This document shows positions 30,477 through 39,797 of a stretch of DNA of 64,000 nt, piece after piece; position 1 is the first letter of the stretch, and the number at the start of each line of letters is the position of its first letter. The notes beneath the pieces were generated by a model, which saw nothing but the letters and a program-made list of their open reading frames with translations, did no database searches and was not told the origin of the DNA. The DNA is from Candidatus Levyibacteriota bacterium (lineage in GTDB: Bacteria; Patescibacteriota; Microgenomatia; Levybacterales; UBA12049), in contig JBBRCK010000005.1 of assembly GCA_038205015.1 (NCBI GenBank), forward strand, positions 1,656-65,655, read 5' to 3'. Made by a program: the position numbers and the translations under genes.

Positions 30477-31342
30477 AAAAATAATTATTTATAACCCTAT
30501 AGTAGGGGAGCAGATAATTTTTAACCCTGGGACATAAATAGAGAAATAATTCAAAGGAAGAACAAGTAATTGTAGAAATATAAAATATATTCAGCAAAAA
30601 TTATTATGATTTAAACCACTTCTCCCAGGATTCGAGCCTGAGTGGCGTCGCAAAAGTATTATTGTGCGACATAATCAATAACTCTCTCTTACTGCTTTTA
30701 AACACAATATTTTTGTTAACCGAAACATTAGGGAGGATTGTAAGGCACTCTTTACTCCCATTGACTCACTATTCTCTTGCACAGCATAGTAAAAGTATTT
30801 GCGTGTATGAATTTGCTTTGCCATAAGTTGATTGCCTCTATCCCCGAGAAACTAATTGAGTTGAATTTAGAGCCTTATAACAGTCTAATCATTAATATTT
30901 AGCTTCGAAAACATACAATTTAGATTATATTTATAATGCGACCCATGGAGAAACAAGCGTTCGAGTTTTTTTCGTATCAGCTACCAATTACGTATTAGCC
31001 AAGTTAAACATAGAATATGCATAATATCTCCCGCAAGGAAAGCGAAGCACTAAAGCTGTGAAAAGTAAGGTCAAATACTCGTGAAAATAGAATAAGATAT
31101 CCACATTAGCTTTAAACAACGTCCTATAATTATTTATTCCATTACCATATCAAACTATATCAATAATTACTATATCAAATTTTGTTGGCTGGTTTTTAGC
31201 ACTCTCCTCTTCCCCGCCTTTTCTTAACAAAAAAAAATAATTCCCGAAGCTAAATATTAAATTTTGAGGTTAAATTTGACGTCTAAAATAGGATATTTAG
31301 AAATCTATTCTGTAAAGAAAACAACCTTAATACTCCCCTTTT
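30477..31342. other. ~860-bp region with no ORF >=60 aa in any frame; contains structured elements (hairpin GTCGCA-N12-TGCGAC, a T-arm-like GGCTCGAATCC on the minus strand, a DnaA-box-like TATCCACA, short TATATCAA direct repeats)
   Basis: Direct reading; an unusually long non-coding stretch for this compact genome. Confidence 0.4.
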
Positions 31343-32179
31343 TTATATCCAGTTTGTAAATATAATTAGGAAGATAAATGCCATTGCAGTAAGCCAAAAA
31401 TACTCTAGAATTACGCTTCTAAAAAGACGTTTTTCAAACCAGGCTTGAGATAACCCTACTAAAACATAAAAAATGGCAGTAAGAAAAAGAGCTGCTACCG
31501 TTGGTGAGCTTGGACCAAACCATAAAAACAAAGCTATTTCTACTAAACAGACTGTTAAAGACAAAACCCAAAATACTTGCGCAAAAAGCTTTCTATCTAA
31601 AGAATGTATCCAAATTGCCTGCAAAACAATCGGAAATGTGTAAGCAAAAATTAATAAAAGAGTAATGAAAACATTAATATGAAAGGAGAAGACAACGTTT
31701 GAAAGAAAGAAATAAGATAATAGAGTCAGCACTAAAGTGACTGTTCTGGCTCCGGATAAAAGCGAAATTGTTCTGATAGCGGAGACTGTAAATATATTCT
31801 GACACAAATAAAGTGAATAAAGACCAATCGCATAAAGAGTTGTAATTCCCACTCTTGTCAAAAATCTTGCAGGCACCAAAAGATAAAAAAGCCCAACCGA
31901 CAAACTATAAAAAAATGGGAGAATAAAAATTTGTGGAGTAACATTATCCTTCAAATCTTCTTTTAGAGATAAGTATAAAAAAAAGACGGTAAACAGTGAT
32001 AGTGCAAAAACAATGAGCAAGCCCGATTTACCTAAGATTTGTTCTGCAATAAAAAGTCCCAAAGAAAGAAGGATAACCGAAAAAATAAACCTTTGCCTCT
32101 TGTTATCAAAAATTCTAGCTAACAAATGTTTTACTCGTTTTTTTGTCTTTCCGTTTCCAATAGATTTAATACTTGCCAT
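31343..32179 (-). CDS. polytopic membrane protein, hypothetical
   Basis: 278 aa, 7-8 predicted TM helices; no recognisable motif. Confidence 0.5.
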   Translation of the reverse strand: MASIKSIGNGKTKKRVKHLLARIFDNKRQRFIFSVILLSLGLFIAEQILGKSGLLIVFALSLFTVFFLYLSLKEDLKDNVTPQIFILPFFYSLSVGLFYLLVPARFLTRVGITTLYAIGLYSLYLCQNIFTVSAIRTISLLSGARTVTLVLTLLSYFFLSNVVFSFHINVFITLLLIFAYTFPIVLQAIWIHSLDRKLFAQVFWVLSLTVCLVEIALFLWFGPSSPTVAALFLTAIFYVLVGLSQAWFEKRLFRSVILEYFWLTAMAFIFLIIFTNWI

Positions 32180-32182
32180 ATT

Positions 32183-32905
32183 TTATCCAAGGTTTGTATA
32201 CACTTTTAGAACGTCGTCTAATTCTTCCAGCGTGTTAACAAAATTCTCAATTTTTAAAAGCTTATTTTCTTCTACAACTTCAACTATCACAATCGGCTCC
32301 CTAATTAAATCTGCTTCTACAATTTCTACACCATTTGCAAAAAGTAAATCCTTCACCTTCGCTAAATCGTGCATCGAAGTATAGATAAACACTTCGTCTC
32401 CAACATCCTCTATGTCCTCTGCGCCATCATCAACTGCTAAGGCAAATAAGTCATCAAAGGTTTTTGTATTTTTTTTAACAATAATTCTTCCGATGTGTTT
32501 AAATTGATACGAAACCGAACCCGGCTGACCAAAGCTTGCTCCGGCTTTATTAAAAACGCTTTTGACTTCTGAGGTTGTTCTCATGGAATTATCCGTTGCA
32601 GCTTCAATAATTACCGAAATTCCGCCCGGCGCAAATCCTTCATATATAACTTCCTGCAAGTCTCCCGCATCCTTTTCCGAAGCTCTTTTAATTGCCCTTT
32701 CAATATTTTCTTTGGGCATATTGGCGACTCTAGCCGCATCGATAGCAAGTCTTAATTTAAAGTTAAAATTAGGATCGGTTGTTCCCCCACCCTGCTTGAC
32801 CGCAATGGTAATTGCTTTAGCAAGTTTTGTAAAGGTTTGCCCACGCTTTTGATCGTTTAAACCTTTTTGTCTTTTAATCGTTGACCACTTAGAATGTCCA
32901 CTCAT
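32183..32905 (-). CDS. yebC: YebC/PmpR family DNA-binding transcriptional regulator
   Basis: MSGHSKWSTIKRQKGLNDQKRGQTFTKLAKAITIAVKQGGG..., canonical YebC N-terminus; 240 aa. Confidence 0.85.
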   Translation of the reverse strand: MSGHSKWSTIKRQKGLNDQKRGQTFTKLAKAITIAVKQGGGTTDPNFNFKLRLAIDAARVANMPKENIERAIKRASEKDAGDLQEVIYEGFAPGGISVIIEAATDNSMRTTSEVKSVFNKAGASFGQPGSVSYQFKHIGRIIVKKNTKTFDDLFALAVDDGAEDIEDVGDEVFIYTSMHDLAKVKDLLFANGVEIVEADLIREPIVIVEVVEENKLLKIENFVNTLEELDDVLKVYTNLG

Positions 32906-33000
32906 ATTGCTAATTCGTACTTAATAAATGACTACCAACGCTTAATTATACCTTTTCTCTATTGACTTTTGCAATAAATTTATTGTAGAATTTCTCATCT

Positions 33001-33732
33001 TTGACCTCAAAAATGACACTTAAAAATCAAGCAATTCAAACCGCACTCGAAGGCAACTGGCAGGAAGCAATTGCGTTAAATAAATCTCTTGTTCATGAAA
33101 ATCCGGAAGACATCGATGCCTTAAACCGACTCGCTCTCGCTTACACCATAACTGGAAAAATAAAAGAAGCCAAGTCAGCTTATCAAAAAGTTGTAAAACT
33201 TGATCCCTTAAATCCAATTGCTTTAAGAAATATCAAGAAACTTAAAGAAAAAGGATTTACCATAACAAATGGTGGAACTAACACGCATATAAACAATAAG
33301 TTCTTAGAAGAACCTGGTAAAACTAAAGTAGTTGAACTAGTAAATATGGCTCCACCAAAAATTTTAGAAAGTTTAAGAACAGGACAATCGCTTGAGCTTT
33401 CGGTAAAGAGATTAAAGATATTTGTTTCAATTAACACACAATATGTTGGAGTATTACCAGACGACATTGCAAAGAGACTTACTAAGTTTATTAATGCCGG
33501 TTCAAGATATGACGCCTACGTTAAGTCTTCAAGCCCACATAAAGTATCCGTCTTCTTAAAAGAAATTAAAAAAGCCACGCGTTTTAAAGATCAAAAATCA
33601 TTTACCTCGCTCTCTGAATCACCTTTAGAACTGGATAAAAATGGTAAGTTTAGAGAAAGAGTTGCACAACAAAAAACAAAGGATTTAGAAGAAGTTGAAG
33701 AAAATCAAGAAAACTATTCGGAAGAAGAATGA
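33001..33732 (+). CDS. TPR-repeat protein with acidic C-terminal tail
   Basis: N-terminal TPR-like helices (NWQEAIALNKSLVHENPEDIDALNRLALAYTITGKIKEAKSAYQKVVKLDP); the C-terminal half has no match. Confidence 0.5.
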   Translation: MTSKMTLKNQAIQTALEGNWQEAIALNKSLVHENPEDIDALNRLALAYTITGKIKEAKSAYQKVVKLDPLNPIALRNIKKLKEKGFTITNGGTNTHINNKFLEEPGKTKVVELVNMAPPKILESLRTGQSLELSVKRLKIFVSINTQYVGVLPDDIAKRLTKFINAGSRYDAYVKSSSPHKVSVFLKEIKKATRFKDQKSFTSLSESPLELDKNGKFRERVAQQKTKDLEEVEENQENYSEEE

Positions 33733-33870
33733 CTGTGATAAATCACTCTATTTTTGTCTAAACTCTTTTTAACCTCCTTTACCTCAGGTTTCTCATTAAT
33801 ACTTTTTAAAGACCTTAAGGAAAGTAAAAAAGAAACAATAAATAAAAAGAATACTATTTCTAGAAACATA

Positions 33871-34671
33871 TTAAAAATTTATTTTGCCAACACTATCTTT
33901 TCCTATTGTTATTATAACATCCGCTACAGCCTTTTTATCTAATTTTTCAACTGGAAAGCCCAGAAAATCACTAAGCTTTTTTACCGTGTAAGTATAATCT
34001 CCGAAATACTGTATTTTTGAAGTATTTTCCAAGCTATCGGACCCGGAAACTAAAATTACGTTTCCTCCCATATTTGATATAGCCGTTGCTGCCCTACCCC
34101 CTAACCCAAAAACTGTAGTTGAATTAATTATTTCTATACTTTGGTTTTCTTGATAAATTGACGGGTCTGTAAAAGAAAGCGTAATTACTGTAGACCTCTG
34201 AACAGGATTTAAAGATGAACTAAGTTCCCTAACATAAACCGAACCGTCAGAAACGCTTCGTGAAAAAAGGAAAACTCTAACTACATCAAAAATTGTCATA
34301 TTTTTATAAGAATTTCCTAAAGGTAATAACGATTTAAAAATAGTTGAGGATATATTTTTTTCTGTGATATCATCTGTTGCAACAATAATTCCATCAATTG
34401 GCACTTCCAGTTTTTTTGAAACGTCTTCCGGCTTAATATTTTCATTAATTTTTAAAACGGAAAATGAATTATTTGATGGAGAAAACGACGCAACACTTAA
34501 GGTTTTTTCACTTGAGAATACTACATTAAATTTATGACTTCCGTCAAAATGGCTGTCTCTGACTATAAAGATAATTTTTACAGCAAGAGACATTACGATC
34601 AAACCAACAACTAAAAATACAAAAACGCCTGCAAGCCTAAGATTCTTCCCTTCTCTTCCACTTTTAACCAT
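33871..34671 (-). CDS. membrane-anchored extracytoplasmic protein, hypothetical (possibly LCP-like)
   Basis: N-terminal TM (LAGVFVFLVVGLIVMSLAV) then a ~230-aa domain; weak resemblance only. Confidence 0.4.
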   Translation of the reverse strand: MVKSGREGKNLRLAGVFVFLVVGLIVMSLAVKIIFIVRDSHFDGSHKFNVVFSSEKTLSVASFSPSNNSFSVLKINENIKPEDVSKKLEVPIDGIIVATDDITEKNISSTIFKSLLPLGNSYKNMTIFDVVRVFLFSRSVSDGSVYVRELSSSLNPVQRSTVITLSFTDPSIYQENQSIEIINSTTVFGLGGRAATAISNMGGNVILVSGSDSLENTSKIQYFGDYTYTVKKLSDFLGFPVEKLDKKAVADVIITIGKDSVGKINF

Positions 34672-34674
34672 ATT

Positions 34675-34812
34675 TTAATAATCCTTTTTCTTTTTTTGAA
34701 TCAATTCAGGCATAGTAAATACAGGTGAAGTACCAAATTCACCTTTCGCCTGCTTGTTATCTTTTTTAGGTTTTTTCTTATCTCCCTTATAAAATCCGCC
34801 AAAGCTTCCCAA
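34675..34812 (-). CDS. small basic ORF (~45 aa) with strong Shine-Dalgarno and TTG start, immediately upstream of the 33871-34671 gene
   Basis: Minus strand AGGAGGTGAtttttTTG GGA AGC... gives (M)GSFGGFYKGDKKKPKKDNKQAKGEFGTSPVFTMPELIQKKKKDY*, with the stop 3 nt before the next ATG. Missed by the ORF track because of length/start. Confidence 0.3.
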   Translation of the reverse strand: MGSFGGFYKGDKKKPKKDNKQAKGEFGTSPVFTMPELIQKKKKDY

Positions 34813-34859
34813 AAAAATCACCTCCTAATACTATATAGAATCAATTTTTGACCTTTAAG

Positions 34860-35573
34860 TCAATTGTTTATATTCTGAATTACATTTTTTAGCTCTTGAG
34901 GCAAATTAGATTCCAATTCTATTTTCTTTCCTGTTATAGGATGAGTGAAGCTAATACTTTTTGCGTGTAAAAAAAATCTATCTAATAATATTTTTCTATC
35001 ATTTCTGGCGGTTTTTCTTCCCGCATAAAATTCGTCTCCAAAAATTGGATGATTAAAATATTTAAGATGAACTCTGATTTGATGCGTTCTACCTGTTTTT
35101 GGATGAAGCTCTAAAAGAGTAAACGGTTTTTCAAATTTTTCAATTACTTTATAATGTGTTTCTGCCTCTTTTCCTCCCACCATAACCCCAAATCTTTTTC
35201 TATTCCATGGAAGTCTTCCGATTGGAACTGCAATTGTCCCCTCTTCCGGACTAACATGACCGTGAACTAAAGCTACATAAGTTTTTTCAATTATTCTATC
35301 CTTAAATTGCGCCTGAAGATTTTCAAAACTTTTCTGGTTTTTGGCAACTATTAAAATCCCGGAGGTTTCCTTATCTATTCTATGAACTATTCCTGCTCTT
35401 TTATAAAAATCAGATTCATTATTTTCATTATTATTGAAATTATATTTACTTTCCAGAAAATCTTGAACAGTAACCTGATTAATTGTTGTATCGGCTTTAT
35501 TAACAATAACACCAGCGGGTTTATTTAAAACCAAAACATCCTCGTCTTCAAAAATTATTTCTATATCAATCAT
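34860..35573 (-). CDS. RluA-family 23S rRNA/tRNA pseudouridine synthase
   Basis: ..DVLVLNKPAGVIV.. and catalytic GIVHRIDKETSGILIVAKN (HRLD motif with Asp), ..THQIRVHL.. Confidence 0.8.
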   Translation of the reverse strand: MIDIEIIFEDEDVLVLNKPAGVIVNKADTTINQVTVQDFLESKYNFNNNENNESDFYKRAGIVHRIDKETSGILIVAKNQKSFENLQAQFKDRIIEKTYVALVHGHVSPEEGTIAVPIGRLPWNRKRFGVMVGGKEAETHYKVIEKFEKPFTLLELHPKTGRTHQIRVHLKYFNHPIFGDEFYAGRKTARNDRKILLDRFFLHAKSISFTHPITGKKIELESNLPQELKNVIQNINN

Positions 35574-36262
35574 TTTTTGCTTAAGAACTTATCCATTATT
35601 TCCTGATTGATTAGAATAATTAAAGAAGAAAAGAGTAAAACCAAAAGTGCAATATTCTCTATTTCCAAAAAGGAAAAAGTCTTTATATCTAAAAATAGTT
35701 TGATTATAAAGTAGAAGAAAGAAAACAACGAAAGAAATAATAACGTTAAACTCCCATCTTTTATTTCTCCCCTTGCCGAATACGGATAGATAAGTTTTGT
35801 AAATAATATATAAATTGCTAGAGAGAATACAAAAAATAGATTAAAAAATGTTGTTGTTTTTCCTCCTAAAATTATAAAGTTAATAATAAAACCTATTGGC
35901 AAAACGCTTACAAAAGCCATAATAAATAAATCAATTATTCTACCTGTTGGTATTTTTTTATAATTTGAATAAAAATAAATAAAGATACTTCCCCCAATTA
36001 TTCCACCTATAAGGGAAAAACCGGTAAAGTATGGAAATGCCAGAAAAACTAACGGATTAAAATATTGAAAGCTGTGAGTAAAAACAGCGTACCCAGCTCT
36101 CGAAGAAATAAGCGTAACAAATCCCGTCAAAAAAGCCAAATTAAAAATTCTTTCTATTGAGACATCCTTTCTGGCCATTACAAAATCGTCTTTGGAAAGA
36201 AAATATAAGATATATAAAAATATAAAAAAGCAAAAAAGAATTACAAAAAAAATTAAGTTCAT
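35570..36262 (-). CDS. membrane protein, divergent prolipoprotein diacylglyceryl transferase (Lgt)-like
   Basis: Segments align loosely with Lgt (SSRAGYAVF~GGRIGYVLF; FSLIGGIIGG~SFHGGLIGV; KKIPTGRIIDLFIMAF~RRTKRSFFQVSDFIAP), but the FHGG His and GNFxNxE signature are not conserved. Confidence 0.35.
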   Translation of the reverse strand: MNLIFFVILFCFFIFLYILYFLSKDDFVMARKDVSIERIFNLAFLTGFVTLISSRAGYAVFTHSFQYFNPLVFLAFPYFTGFSLIGGIIGGSIFIYFYSNYKKIPTGRIIDLFIMAFVSVLPIGFIINFIILGGKTTTFFNLFFVFSLAIYILFTKLIYPYSARGEIKDGSLTLLFLSLFSFFYFIIKLFLDIKTFSFLEIENIALLVLLFSSLIILINQEIMDKFLSKK

Positions 36263-36263
36263 A

Positions 36264-37535
36264 CTATTTATCCTTAATTACTATCCTCGTGAGTGCAATT
36301 ATTAACACGATTATTCCAACCAGTGTAATGATAGCTTTTACACCGAATAAATCTGCTAATCCCCCTACCAAAATTACTGGAATGATTGACATTATTCCAA
36401 CAAATGTATTTAAAAACCCGTATATCTTTCCCCTACTCTCATCAGTTGTTTCTTCTTGCAAAGTTGTATTTGCGGGAATAAATACAAATGAAATCGCAAA
36501 CCCCAAAACAAATGCCAAAAATACCATAATATGGAGAATGTTTATTGTTAGAATATGCGGAAGATAAGAATTAATTATATGAACAATTGCTCTAGACTCA
36601 ACTTTCGACCCATAAGGCAGTAAAAGAATAGCAATTCCCATTAAGAAAATGCCGAATTTTGTTAGTTTATCTTTAGATGTTCTATGTAAAAAGCTTCCGA
36701 TAATAATCGCTCCCAAAACGACCCCAATTATTGCCGGAGTCACAAATAAAATTGGGAAACTTTCTATTTTTATTTTTAAAACCTGCTCTGCATACCCTGG
36801 CCCAATTGAAGCAAAAGCCAAAATAATAATTTGCACTAGAGTTAATGAGAAAAGTGCATGATACAATTTTTTTGTTTTTGAAATTAGTTGAAGAATAATT
36901 CTTGCTTCTTCTTTAAAACTTAGGGCCTGCTCAACATTTACTCTTGGTTCTATTTTGGATTTTTTAGCTTTTATAAGTAGAATAAAAAATCCGGCAATTA
37001 AAAAGATTACGGATAAAAATATAAAAATATCCGATTTTCCAAATATATAAATAAATGGTCCCGACATGGCATAAGCTAAAAGTATCGATGCATAAATACC
37101 CATACCAAAAAGTGCGTTTGCCGATAACAGCAAATCTTTTCTAACTAAAAGCGGGATGATTGGTGCTTCCGCAGGAACGAAAAATTGTGTAATAATTGCA
37201 ACTCCAAATGCAAAGACATAAACTAAAAATAAATTGCTTTGAAAAAATGCTAACGGAAGAATAAGTAACGCCCTTAAGATATTTGAAATAAACAAAACAC
37301 TCTTTTTATTCCACCTGTCTACTAAAACTCCTGCCAGTATTCCGAATAAAACGTTTGGAATTGTAAAAGCCATAACGACTCCGGCAACTGCGATATTAGA
37401 TTTTGAAATACTAAAAACAACAATTAATAAGGCGAAGTTAAATAGGTTCATCGCAAACATCGAGAAGAATTCGGAGAGTACTAAAAATAAAAACGGCTTT
37501 ATCCTAAGAGTTCTTAAAATAAGGTTTTCATTCAT
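36264..37535 (-). CDS. major facilitator superfamily transporter
   Basis: 12 predicted TM helices; start chosen at MNENLILRTL.. (ATG ~37533-37535) to avoid a 58-nt overlap with efp. The long ORF extends to 37598. Confidence 0.65.
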   Translation of the reverse strand: MNENLILRTLRIKPFLFLVLSEFFSMFAMNLFNFALLIVVFSISKSNIAVAGVVMAFTIPNVLFGILAGVLVDRWNKKSVLFISNILRALLILPLAFFQSNLFLVYVFAFGVAIITQFFVPAEAPIIPLLVRKDLLLSANALFGMGIYASILLAYAMSGPFIYIFGKSDIFIFLSVIFLIAGFFILLIKAKKSKIEPRVNVEQALSFKEEARIILQLISKTKKLYHALFSLTLVQIIILAFASIGPGYAEQVLKIKIESFPILFVTPAIIGVVLGAIIIGSFLHRTSKDKLTKFGIFLMGIAILLLPYGSKVESRAIVHIINSYLPHILTINILHIMVFLAFVLGFAISFVFIPANTTLQEETTDESRGKIYGFLNTFVGIMSIIPVILVGGLADLFGVKAIITLVGIIVLIIALTRIVIKDK

Positions 37536-37539
37536 AGTT

Positions 37540-38100
37540 TTAGGAAGCTTTTTCTGTATAGGCTCCGGTTCTGGTGTCAACTCTAACTTTTTCTCCAATA
37601 TTTATAAACATCGGCACTTTTACTATTAAACCGTTTTCAAGTTTTGCTTCTTTAAATACATTGGTTGCCGAATTTCCCTTAACTCCGGGAGGAGTTTCTT
37701 CAACCACAAAAACCATTTTAGGAGGAAGATTAATTGAGAGAGCTTCATCACCTAAAAAACTTAAATTATAACTTTCTCCTTCTTTCAAATAGTAAGTATC
37801 TGTTCCGATAACTTTTAAAAGAACTGATACTTGTTCAAAAGTTGTAGGATTCATAAAATAAGCGTTTTCTCCGTCTTTATATAAATATTGAAGATCTTTT
37901 TTTAAAACTCTTACATCCTGCACCTTAGCGGTGTTAATAAAACTTTTATCAGTTGTTGAGCCACTACGAATGTTTTTAACTTTTACCTTTATGTTTGCGC
38001 TTCCCCTACCCATTTTTATGTGCTCAAAAGTTAATACCTGTAAAAGGTTTCCACTTTCTTCAAAAATTGTACCGGCACGAAGTTCGTTTACAGAAATCAT
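37540..38100 (-). CDS. efp: elongation factor P
   Basis: MISVNELRAGTIFEESGNLLQVL...KMGRGSANIKVKVKN... KOW/OB domains; ATG overlaps the upstream gene stop (ATGA). Confidence 0.9.
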   Translation of the reverse strand: MISVNELRAGTIFEESGNLLQVLTFEHIKMGRGSANIKVKVKNIRSGSTTDKSFINTAKVQDVRVLKKDLQYLYKDGENAYFMNPTTFEQVSVLLKVIGTDTYYLKEGESYNLSFLGDEALSINLPPKMVFVVEETPPGVKGNSATNVFKEAKLENGLIVKVPMFINIGEKVRVDTRTGAYTEKAS

Positions 38101-39086
38101 TTTCTTTTTACACGGATAAGCCCAGAACACGGGATTACCTCTACCCCCTTCTTTTCTAAAATATCTAAGAATAAATTTGCTCCAATTGAATCTGCCGCCA
38201 TATGACCGGTATCTATTACATTTATGTGAAGTTTTTTTAAAACATCTAGTGTTTCATCTGAAACATGCATTTCAACTAAAGTACCTACCCCTGCTTTTGA
38301 AAGTTCTGCATATAACTCTTTTGAGCCGCTTGTTCCCCCTGTAAAACCAACAACAATCTTACCTGCCCTACTATCCATTGAGCCTGCAGCTAGAAAAGGA
38401 CCAGATTTTCCTTTTTTGCTTTCAACAAATTCAGGAATCTCGTTCACATAATCTAGAACCTCTCCTACATTATAAAAAGATTTTTTAGAAAGATAGTCCT
38501 GCATAAATTCATTTCCCAAGTTATCCCAAATTGTGTGAAGAGACATTAATGGAACATTTAAAAGTCTGGCAGTGTCAATTGCTTGACCATGATTTGAAGG
38601 AGATAATTTTCTTTGAACCTGTCCCATTCTTTCTTTCAAAATAGAATGGGCAACGTTAATAGCTACGCCAGCTTGCTCAAACATTTCTGCCTGCATCTCC
38701 ATTACCTCATGAAGACCCGCCAATGCGTAACCTGATGGATGATGGGAAACCAAAAGATCTATTTTTTCTCCCTTTTGATTAAGTCTGTCTAAAAGAAGAA
38801 CTTCGGAGGCATCTGCGTCAATTCCTACCAATATTTTTTTTACTTCTAATTTTGGGTTTCCAAACAAAATTCTAGAATCGGAGTATGGGTTATCTAAGCT
38901 CACTGTATCAAAATATTTTTTCTTTTTTTTAGAAAGCTCATCGTAGGCTTTTTTTGTTCTTTTGAGCTGGTCATCAACTGCTTTTTCCCCTCTTGGATCT
39001 GCTTTTTTGGCCATATCAAGCGCTAAATCATAAATTTGTTGAAGTGTCATAAATGAAAGTATATAATAAATAAGCTTAAAATTCAA
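38097..39086 (-). CDS. Nif3/YqfO-family dinuclear-metal-centre protein
   Basis: ..LLVSHHPSGY.., ..LVEMHVSDE.., GHMAAD.. typical of NIF3 (DUF34); TTG start at 39086 or internal ATG at 39050. Confidence 0.6.
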   Translation of the reverse strand: MNFKLIYYILSFMTLQQIYDLALDMAKKADPRGEKAVDDQLKRTKKAYDELSKKKKKYFDTVSLDNPYSDSRILFGNPKLEVKKILVGIDADASEVLLLDRLNQKGEKIDLLVSHHPSGYALAGLHEVMEMQAEMFEQAGVAINVAHSILKERMGQVQRKLSPSNHGQAIDTARLLNVPLMSLHTIWDNLGNEFMQDYLSKKSFYNVGEVLDYVNEIPEFVESKKGKSGPFLAAGSMDSRAGKIVVGFTGGTSGSKELYAELSKAGVGTLVEMHVSDETLDVLKKLHINVIDTGHMAADSIGANLFLDILEKKGVEVIPCSGLIRVKRK

Positions 39087-39100
39087 AGTTTTAGGCTCTG

Positions 39101-39183
39101 GGCAAGTGGCGGAATGGTATACGCGGTAGTCTCAAAAACTACTAGCCGCAAGGCTGTGAGGGTTCGACTCCCTCTTTGCCCAC
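39101..39183 (+). tRNA. tRNA-Leu (anticodon CAA), long variable arm
   Basis: GGGCAAG acceptor / CTTTGCCC, D-arm GCGGAATGGTATACGC, anticodon stem GTAGT-CTCAAAA-ACTAC (CAA), variable arm TAGCCGCAAGGCTGTGA, T-arm GAGGGTTCGACTCCCTC; CCA not encoded. Coordinates +/-2. Confidence 0.8.
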
Positions 39184-39187
39184 AAAA

Positions 39188-39424
39188 TTAACCAGTTAAG
39201 TCTTTCAAGGAGTCTAATCTTTTTTGTCTGTCATGAGTGTCCCTTGCATCTCTCGCTTCCCTAAATAACCTGAGTACTACTTGATCTTGATCTAAAAGAG
39301 GTAAATCTCTGACATCTGATCTTCGTAGAATATCTTCATGCGTTAAGGAACGAACCATGGTTCTATCTTGACCTGATCTTATAAGTCCTTCTCCTAAAAA
39401 TGCCGGTTTTCTGTTGTTTTCCAT
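39188..39424 (-). CDS. hypothetical small charged protein (78 aa)
   Basis: Preceded on the minus strand by TTGACA-N17-TAAAAT 8 nt from the ATG; Arg/Asp-rich, no known domain. Confidence 0.4.
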   Translation of the reverse strand: MENNRKPAFLGEGLIRSGQDRTMVRSLTHEDILRRSDVRDLPLLDQDQVVLRLFREARDARDTHDRQKRLDSLKDLTG

Positions 39425-39552
39425 AAAAAAGAATTTTATTCTTTTAGCTATTAATTGTCAATCTTAGAATGCAAAAAATTAAACTAATCCTTAAAGCTAA
39501 AGCCGACGGACTAGTTTAATTTTGCATTAATATCCTTTGATGAAACTCAGGA

Positions 39553-39792
39553 TTATAATGTTCCACCTGGTTGCTGTCCTCCTTGATTTGGATCTTGTAC
39601 AGGAACTACTGGTTCTACTGGAGCTTGTGGCTCTGGCATAACAGGAGCTACTGGTTCAGGAACTACTGGTTCTACTGGAGCTTGTGGCTCTGGTTGAACT
39701 GGTGCCTGAGGCATTCCTCCTTGATCTACTACTGGCGCTACAGGCGCGTTTGGGTCAACAACTGGCGTTGGGTTTTGATTTTGATCGTCCAT
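39553..39792 (-). CDS. Pro/Val/Glu-rich repetitive small protein (79 aa), probably disordered
   Basis: MDDQNQNPTPVVDPNAPVAPVVDQ...PEPQAPVEPVVPEPVAPVMPEPQAPVEPVVP..; directly downstream of dnaB on the same strand. The antisense W/Y-rich ORF (39571-39834) is considered an artefact. Confidence 0.4.
   Translation of the reverse strand: MDDQNQNPTPVVDPNAPVAPVVDQGGMPQAPVQPEPQAPVEPVVPEPVAPVMPEPQAPVEPVVPVQDPNQGGQQPGGTL
39602..39693. repeat. tandem 35-bp direct repeat (GGAACTACTGGTTCTACTGGAGCTTGTGGCTCTGG x2, 57-bp period) inside the Pro-rich ORF
   Basis: Read directly; encodes PEPQAPVEPVVP peptide repeats on the minus strand. Confidence 0.7.
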
Positions 39793-39797
39793 TTAAA

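Noticed and set aside
30477-31342. tmRNA, RNase P RNA or SRP RNA in the long intergenic region
   Set aside because: None of the universally conserved blocks are present on either strand: no GGGG 5' end or ...CCACCA 3' end with an ANDENYALAA-type tag frame for tmRNA; no GGAAAGUCCGGGCUCC or ACAGAAxCCGGCUUA for RNase P; no GNRA-capped domain IV AGCAG motif for SRP. The T-arm-like segment lacks a matching acceptor 5' strand.
30477-31342. Replication origin (oriC) call based on a DnaA-box-like ATATCCACA
   Set aside because: Only one close match to TTATCCACA was seen and dnaA is not in the window. A single box is expected by chance in 860 bp of AT-rich DNA.
33754-33942. 62-aa ORF in the TPR-gene downstream spacer
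   Set aside because: Low-complexity sequence, overlaps the 3' end of the convergent 33871-34671 gene; no RBS or promoter.
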